From an uncultured virus (IMG/VR IMGVR_UViG_3300025913_000002) (Duplodnaviria > Heunggongvirae > Uroviricota > Caudoviricetes), in IMG/VR virus record IMGVR_UViG_3300025913_000002: 20,000 bases of DNA. One strand, written 5' to 3'. Of this stretch, positions 15,201 through 20,000 are shown in pieces. The translations under genes were made by a program, and so were the position numbers. The notes below the pieces were generated by a model. The model had not been told where the DNA came from. It saw nothing but the letters and a program-made list of their open reading frames with translations, and ran no database searches. Position 1 is the stretch's first letter. The number at the start of each line of letters is the position of its first letter.

Positions 15201-15607
15201 CCGACACCACACCCGCACCGCCGACCGACACGGCCGACCTGAACGTACAGATAGCGACACTGCGCGGCTGGACCGACGCCGTGACCGTGGACCCGGAAGG
15301 CAACGAATGGAATATCGTGCGCAACCAAGACACTGATGAGGAAGAGTACGACTGGAGCGCGCTGCCCAACTACGCAAGCGATCCGGCCGCTGCGTTTGAA
15401 CTTCTGGATCACGCTCTCACAATCCGGCAAGTGTTCAAGCACGAGATTAGCAAGGGTCTACCAGACGGCCCACACAGGTATTGCCGCATCTATACTGCTT
15501 TCGGGACTTTTGTTGGATGTGCGGACACGCTACCGCTCGCCATTGCGCTCGCCTGCCGTGACGCGCTCAGCAGTCTGCAAGGAGACACCGACAATGGAAC
15601 AGACTGA
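15197..15607 (+). CDS. Phage ABA-sandwich (BC1872-like) domain protein
   Basis: LNVQIATLRGW...LPNYASDPAAAFELL...ADTLPLAIALAC pattern; GGAGG RBS. Confidence 0.7.
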   Translation: MTDTTPAPPTDTADLNVQIATLRGWTDAVTVDPEGNEWNIVRNQDTDEEEYDWSALPNYASDPAAAFELLDHALTIRQVFKHEISKGLPDGPHRYCRIYTAFGTFVGCADTLPLAIALACRDALSSLQGDTDNGTD

Positions 15608-16184
15608 ACTCGACGCCGCCAAGAGCCGAGCGTTCGACGCAATTGCACGGATGGTCGGCATGACGCACTACCCGGCGAATGAAATCCTGCACGGCGTTCG
15701 TGCTGAAATCGATATGACTGTGCAGAAGTACGGCCAGCCTGACACCGCGCCGCCGCCGCCGACCGAGGCGCAAGAACCGCAGGGATTATGCTACGTTCTG
15801 TCGGAAGCAGCGAGAAAATGCGAAGTGTACCCAGTAATGTCTAGAACGTACCAACATTCATCTAACCTAGCTGTTCCGTGGGAGCAGAAACGCCTCGCCG
15901 CCGAAACCCGCGTGAAGGATCTGGAAACCACAGTCGCAGGCCAAAATCTCTACATCGCGTCCTGCCACATCGGGACCGATAACAACCTCAACGAACTCGC
16001 CACCCTCCGCACCCGCCTGGAGCGAGCTGAAGAGGCGCTGCGCCAGATACTTGAGGCATATCTCAATCGAAACCTTAGTAATTCAGAAACATTCGAAAGA
16101 ATGTCGAATATCGCAGCCGCCTACTTCCTGCCGCCGTCATCGGACGCAGTGGAGGCGGGTGGCGAGGAGGGAGGAGGAGCGTGA
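15594..16184 (+). CDS. Hypothetical protein with C-terminal coiled coil
   Basis: AAGGAG RBS, ATG 15594; ELATLRTRLERAEEALRQI. Confidence 0.7.
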   Translation: MEQTELDAAKSRAFDAIARMVGMTHYPANEILHGVRAEIDMTVQKYGQPDTAPPPPTEAQEPQGLCYVLSEAARKCEVYPVMSRTYQHSSNLAVPWEQKRLAAETRVKDLETTVAGQNLYIASCHIGTDNNLNELATLRTRLERAEEALRQILEAYLNRNLSNSETFERMSNIAAAYFLPPSSDAVEAGGEEGGGA

Positions 16185-16483
16185 AAGTTCAGGACTGTAC
16201 GCGAGTTCACGCGCTGAAGATACTGCCGAGATATTTCGCAGCCATTCAGCGCGGAACTAAAACGTTTGAAGTCCGAAAGAACGACCGGAACTTTGCTGAG
16301 GCCGATACGCTCATGCTTCGTGAATGGTCCGACGAACTCGGATATACAGGGCGAACTCTTAGAGTGCGCGTCAACTACGTCATGCACGGCGGACAGTTCG
16401 GGCTTGAGGAAGGGTACTGCGTTATGGCAATCGCCCCTGAGATGCTCGTCCACAACCACGGCCCCGAAGTGCATGGGGAGTGA
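16181..16483 (+). CDS. ASCH/PUA-like DUF3850 domain protein
   Basis: HALKILPRYFAAIQRGTKTFEVRKNDRNFAEADTLMLREW. Confidence 0.88.
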   Translation: MKVQDCTRVHALKILPRYFAAIQRGTKTFEVRKNDRNFAEADTLMLREWSDELGYTGRTLRVRVNYVMHGGQFGLEEGYCVMAIAPEMLVHNHGPEVHGE

Positions 16484-16821
16484 ATGGAAAGGGAGGGAGC
16501 GTGAGCATTCAACCACAGATTTATAATGTCACGAAAGTCCATGGCGACGGCCAAGAAACCGCAATCATCGTCCCGATCCAGTACCCGATCGTACAGTTCC
16601 GTGTGAGAGTCGGTAAAGGATGGTGTGCAGAGGGCTACGAGTTCGCGGAACACAACGCTCCAATCCGCGACCATTTAGACGACATCTACAGCGCCATCCA
16701 ACAGCAATTCAATCTCGCCGACTTGGTATCACAATACTACTCTATCCCATCAACGGTTGAAGAGTTAGAGGAATGGGATGAGGAGTTTTGGGACTACGGC
16801 TGCCGATGGTTCGAAGTTTGA
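16480..16821 (+). CDS. Acidic hypothetical protein (alternative GTG start at 16501)
   Basis: Continues the operon; GGAGGGAG precedes GTG 16501. Confidence 0.6.
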   Translation: MNGKGGSVSIQPQIYNVTKVHGDGQETAIIVPIQYPIVQFRVRVGKGWCAEGYEFAEHNAPIRDHLDDIYSAIQQQFNLADLVSQYYSIPSTVEELEEWDEEFWDYGCRWFEV

Positions 16822-16961
16822 GCCTCCCGCAACGCCCTAAGCGCCGCCTCCTTTGGCCCCATTGCCGCCCGCTTCTTAACCGTCGCGGGCTTCTCATGGC
16901 GTACCGGGCCGGTGCCGAGGGTGGTTCGGATTTGGGTGATGTTGGGGTTGGGGTTTTTCAT
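16794..16961 (-). CDS. Small basic protein coupled to the recombinase (55 aa)
   Basis: Hand-translated; ATGA overlap with the recombinase stop, AAGGAG RBS: MKNPNPNITQIRTTLGTGPVRHEKPATVKKRAAMGPKEAALRALREAQTSNHRQP. Confidence 0.45.
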   Translation of the reverse strand: MKNPNPNITQIRTTLGTGPVRHEKPATVKKRAAMGPKEAALRALREAQTSNHRQP

Positions 16962-17989
16962 CTGGGTATTCTCCTTCTGTAAGATGCCTGACGGCGGGTC
17001 GGCATGGATTGTTGTATGCGTGGATCAATAGGCGTCGGGTCTGCCTCGACCTCCATCGCCGCGATAAGCGAGTAGAGTTCCTGCTGATCGATCCCCAGGT
17101 ACTCGTAACTTTGAGACGGATCAGAATGCCCGTAGAACGCCTGAATATGCTTGATCGTACACCCCTTGACCTTCATGAGCGCCGTCCCCGCGAACCGTCG
17201 AAACGCGTGCGCTGAAAGCGGAACGCTTTGCTCGATGCCCGCGATCCGACAGAGCGAAACGAGTATCCCCTTCATACGCTGCTCGCTCATCGGCCGCACG
17301 ACCGGAACGCCCTCCTGCGAAAACACCGGCACCGCAAACAGCCGCTCGTGCTCGTGCGGCCGACTCTCGATCCATGCGCGGACGTGCTTAACGGCGTTCG
17401 GATGCAGCGGGAGAGTTCTGTTCTTATCGCCCTTCCCCTTCCGAACCGTGATCGTCGTGAAAGTACCCGCAATGTCCACGTCGGCCATGTGGAGCGCGCA
17501 CACCTCGGCACGGCGAAGCCCGGTGTAGGCCAATATCGCGACAACTGCCGTCGCGAGCTGCGCGCGGTACACCTGGTTATCGCCGCGCCCGTCGATTAGG
17601 CGCGGGCACGCGTCGAACAGCGACTGCACTTCCTCGCGCGTCGCCCAGCGCTTACGCGGCTTCTCCGTGACCTTCACCTTAATCTGCCCGATCCCCGCAC
17701 ACTGCTCCAACCCGATCAATTTTCGCTCATACAGCCACTTCGCGAAACTCTGTATAGCCGCCATACCCGCCGCCCGCGTCCGCTGCGCCTTCCCCGCCCT
17801 CTTCCGCAGCGTGTCGTACGTCCGCACAAAGTCTGCCGTGACATCCGCAGGCTCCGGCACCCGCCCGATCTTGCCAACCAACCACGCCACCAGCCCGTTC
17901 AAATGCGACACGTAGGCGCGACCGCTCGCCAGCGACCAACCCATCTTGTTGCACTTGTCGGCACGGAACGCCTCGATTAGTTCGTTCAT
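16958..17989 (-). CDS. Tyrosine recombinase/integrase (XerC/D-like)
   Basis: Catalytic set TGLRRAE (R), GKGDK (K), HAFRR (HxxR), YGHS (H), SYEY (Y); AGGAGG RBS before ATG 17989. Confidence 0.93.
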   Translation of the reverse strand: MNELIEAFRADKCNKMGWSLASGRAYVSHLNGLVAWLVGKIGRVPEPADVTADFVRTYDTLRKRAGKAQRTRAAGMAAIQSFAKWLYERKLIGLEQCAGIGQIKVKVTEKPRKRWATREEVQSLFDACPRLIDGRGDNQVYRAQLATAVVAILAYTGLRRAEVCALHMADVDIAGTFTTITVRKGKGDKNRTLPLHPNAVKHVRAWIESRPHEHERLFAVPVFSQEGVPVVRPMSEQRMKGILVSLCRIAGIEQSVPLSAHAFRRFAGTALMKVKGCTIKHIQAFYGHSDPSQSYEYLGIDQQELYSLIAAMEVEADPTPIDPRIQQSMPTRRQASYRRRIPR

Positions 17990-18301
17990 CTGCTTTATCC
18001 TCCTAAAGTTAAGTATACACCCGTCTACTAATAACAAAGTGCCTAAACAAGAAATTAATAAAAACGCGTGGAAATACTGTAGGTATCTTTACCGTCTTTG
18101 TGTCTACTGCCGCTATCGGATTAACTCGGATTATATGTCAGGTGTCTACGTGATTGGAGATTAAGGAGGGTCTTAATTGCGGGGAAAGTCGGGTATGATT
18201 GCTGGAATTAGCTGTTAAACTGTTTTAAGGGATGAGCCGGTTTACTTTGACTGGCTATGGCGAACCGGACGAGGAATTAACGTTTGGCGTTAATGGGCGA
18301 G

Positions 18302-18658
18302 TTAAACACCTGCTGCCTGGTAAACGGATGCAGCCGCCTTCACCAGTTGCACGAATTCGGCCCTCCGTCCGGGCGGTACGGACCGCGACGCTGAGATGAT
18401 CTCTACGTCCTCCTTGCTCATTGACGGTTTTTCGGCCCCAAGAACCATAAACGCCTCGCGCTCAGATTTTCCGATTGCCTGCGCCAACTTGATGACCATT
18501 TCGTAAGTCGTGCGCGACTTTGCGTCAATTATGTTGCCGACCTGTGTTGGGCTTAGCTCGACGCGTCGGGCCAGCTCACGGTTAGACATTGAACCTTTGG
18601 TTTCGTCTATCCACCGCCCGAACGCCGACCAATCCAACATGGGATTGTTCAGCTCCAC
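18302..18658 (-). CDS. XRE-family HTH repressor (CI-like, no S24 peptidase domain)
   Basis: MSNRELARRVELSPTQVGNIIDAKSRTTYEMVIKLAQAIG; AAGGAGGTGA RBS; divergent from the Cro-like gene. Confidence 0.85.
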   Translation of the reverse strand: MELNNPMLDWSAFGRWIDETKGSMSNRELARRVELSPTQVGNIIDAKSRTTYEMVIKLAQAIGKSEREAFMVLGAEKPSMSKEDVEIISASRSVPPGRRAEFVQLVKAAASVYQAAGV

Positions 18659-18695
18659 TGTATCACCTCCTTTATATCTGACAACTGTCCAATGT

Positions 18696-18724
18696 ATATT
18701 ACACTATACACTGACACTTGACAA
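18696..18724 (-). promoter_or_regulatory. Repressor promoter
   Basis: Minus strand TTGTCA-17 nt-TAATAT. Confidence 0.65.
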
Positions 18725-18791
18725 GTGACCAATAGTTATATTACTGGGAAAATACCGGTATTTTTTGTACCGGACGAACATGAAATTTCGC

Positions 18792-18821
18792 TTGACAACA
18801 GTCAACCGTGCATTGTATGAT
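18792..18821 (+). promoter_or_regulatory. Cro-side promoter overlapped by the palindromic operator TTGAC-AACA-GTCAA
   Basis: TTGACA-18 nt-TATGAT; ATG 6 nt downstream. Confidence 0.8.
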
Positions 18822-18827
18822 AGACGC

Positions 18828-19076
18828 ATGGATACTCAGACAAATACCCAACAAGATCAAAAGCCCCGATACCATCGTCTGAACGCCGCACAGATGCAAC
18901 TCGTGCAGGATCGCCTGAACGACCGCACGCTGAATATCACCGAAGTGGCAAAAGACTGCGAACTTTCGCGCGCCATGTTCTATTACATAACCCGTGGTCA
19001 ATCATCAACCACCCCCGCCAAGTTAGAGCGAATCGCGCTACGCCTGAACATAGATCCGAAAATACTTTGCTCCTAA
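18828..19076 (+). CDS. Cro-like XRE HTH regulator
   Basis: LNITEVAKDCELSRAMFYYITRGQSSTTPAKLERIALRLNI; probably a leaderless ATG at 18828. Confidence 0.82.
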   Translation: MDTQTNTQQDQKPRYHRLNAAQMQLVQDRLNDRTLNITEVAKDCELSRAMFYYITRGQSSTTPAKLERIALRLNIDPKILCS

Positions 19077-19110
19077 CCTAATTTATTTCGGTGAAATGTC
19101 CAATATGCAC

Positions 19111-19139
19111 TTGACATATGTCCAATATTGGCGTATACT
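19111..19139 (+). promoter_or_regulatory. Sigma70 promoter with operator TTGAC-ATAT-GTCCA
   Basis: TTGACA-17 nt-TATACT. Confidence 0.85.
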
Positions 19140-19175
19140 CTAATCAGTCGAACGAACTGAGAGGAGACACCCGAA

Positions 19176-19430
19176 ATGTCACAGACAGCGACCAACAGCC
19201 TGACCGCCATGATGGAAGAGACGATGTTCGAGGCGATTAGCAAGCACCAGCCGCGCATGATCCCCATCATCCGCGAACTGCTGGACCGGGGCGAGACCCC
19301 GAAGCGGATCGAGGCGCAGTGTCGGCGCATGGTTCCGACGCACCCCGGTATGGACGGTGGCGAGTTGACGATGAACGCGATCTTCTACGCCGCATCCTAC
19401 ATCAAGAAGCACAAGAGGGCGGGACGATGA
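19176..19430 (+). CDS. Hypothetical protein
   Basis: GAGGAG RBS, ATG, 84 aa. Confidence 0.72.
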   Translation: MSQTATNSLTAMMEETMFEAISKHQPRMIPIIRELLDRGETPKRIEAQCRRMVPTHPGMDGGELTMNAIFYAASYIKKHKRAGR

Positions 19431-20000
19431 CGACAACACCCATTCTCGCCTGGCATTTTCGAGATGCAGGCGGCACAACGAGCCGATTAGCCAAGCCCGA
19501 ACATGTCGGCGTTCGCTATTCCGTCACACCGCCCGTTGCCTGCTGCTCAAACGGGCTTCACGGCTCGATCCGAGCGATCGACGCTCTGGAATACGCATCC
19601 AGCACCACCGCGATTATCTGCCGAACTTCCCACGAAGGCGAGATTGACAGGCAGCACGACAAACTCGCGTCTGAGCACCGGACGGTTCTGTGGCAAGCGG
19701 ACTGCACGATGGCACTCCACGAGTTCGCGTGTCTGTGCGCCGAGCAGTCGTTCGAGATCATCAAGAAACGCGGGTCAGTAGTTGCGCCGGAAATGCTGGC
19801 TTGCGTTGATGCAAAGCGCAAGTGGATGCGCGGAGAGATCAATTCGGAAGAATTGGCCGCTGCCAGGGACGCTGCCTGGGACGCTGCCAGGGACGCTGCC
19901 TGGGACGCTGCCAGGGACGCTGCCAGGGACGCTGCCTGGGACGCTGCCTGGGACGCTGCCAGGGACGCTCAGAACATTCTCTTGGAAGAGACGTTGAACG
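19427..20000 (+). CDS. Phage protein with a C-x-NGLH domain (DUF7666-like), Imm5-like helix region and AA(R/W)D repeats; 3' end off-window
   Basis: Hand-translated from ATG 19427 (ATGA overlap): [11 protein letters not shown]...[20 protein letters not shown]...[13 protein letters not shown]...[11 protein letters not shown]...[26 protein letters not shown]... Confidence 0.8.
   Translation, partial: MTTTPILAWHFRDAGGTTSRLAKPEHVGVRYSVTPPVACCSNGLHGSIRAIDALEYASSTTAIICRTSHEGEIDRQHDKLASEHRTVLWQADCTMALHEFACLCAEQSFEIIKKRGSVVAPEMLACVDAKRKWMRGEINSEELAAARDAAWDAARDAAWDAARDAARDAAWDAAWDAARDAQNILLEETLN
19859..19966 (+). repeat. Nine tandem 12-bp units GCTGCC(A/T)GGGAC
   Basis: Counted directly; encodes AARD/AAWD in the order R,W,R,W,R,R,W,W,R. 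Confidence 0.97.

Noticed and set aside
17946..18164. 72-aa plus-strand ORF
   Set aside because: TTG start inside the recombinase antisense strand with no RBS; the region is better explained as regulatory.
19859..19966. CRISPR array, or the 71-aa PGTL-repeat ORF (19782-19997)
   Set aside because: Units are contiguous 12-mers without spacers, and the real frame is the 19427 gene; PGTL is an alternative-frame reading.

Overview
A phage or prophage segment with phage genes on both sides of the recombinase and no host genes in view. Left arm (1-7949, minus strand): an HGGxSTG small-terminase candidate, a non-coding block with a dif-like Xer site, six small ORFs, terminase large subunit and portal. 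A translationally coupled cassette follows directly: a phosphoheptose isomerase (GmhA-like), a small ORF and two SAM methyltransferases, running off the window. Middle (7972-16821): three blocks of small, mostly unknown genes, each behind a near-consensus sigma70 promoter with its own operator-like repeat and each paired with a small DNA-binding protein. These blocks include a ParB-like protein, ABA-sandwich and ASCH/DUF3850 proteins, with an HNH-HTH fusion and a candidate ~70-nt sRNA between them. Right end: a XerC/D-like tyrosine recombinase, a repressor/Cro-like switch with TTGAC-N4-GTC(C/A)A operators, and a partial gene with AA(R/W)D tandem repeats. Best leads: (i) a heptose/methyl modification cassette inside the head-assembly operon, (ii) an acr-aca-like operon with repeated CUGGA(A)C stem-loops and a divergent sRNA, (iii) a dif-like site beside the packaging genes. 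All family calls come from reading motifs by eye; no database searches were run.
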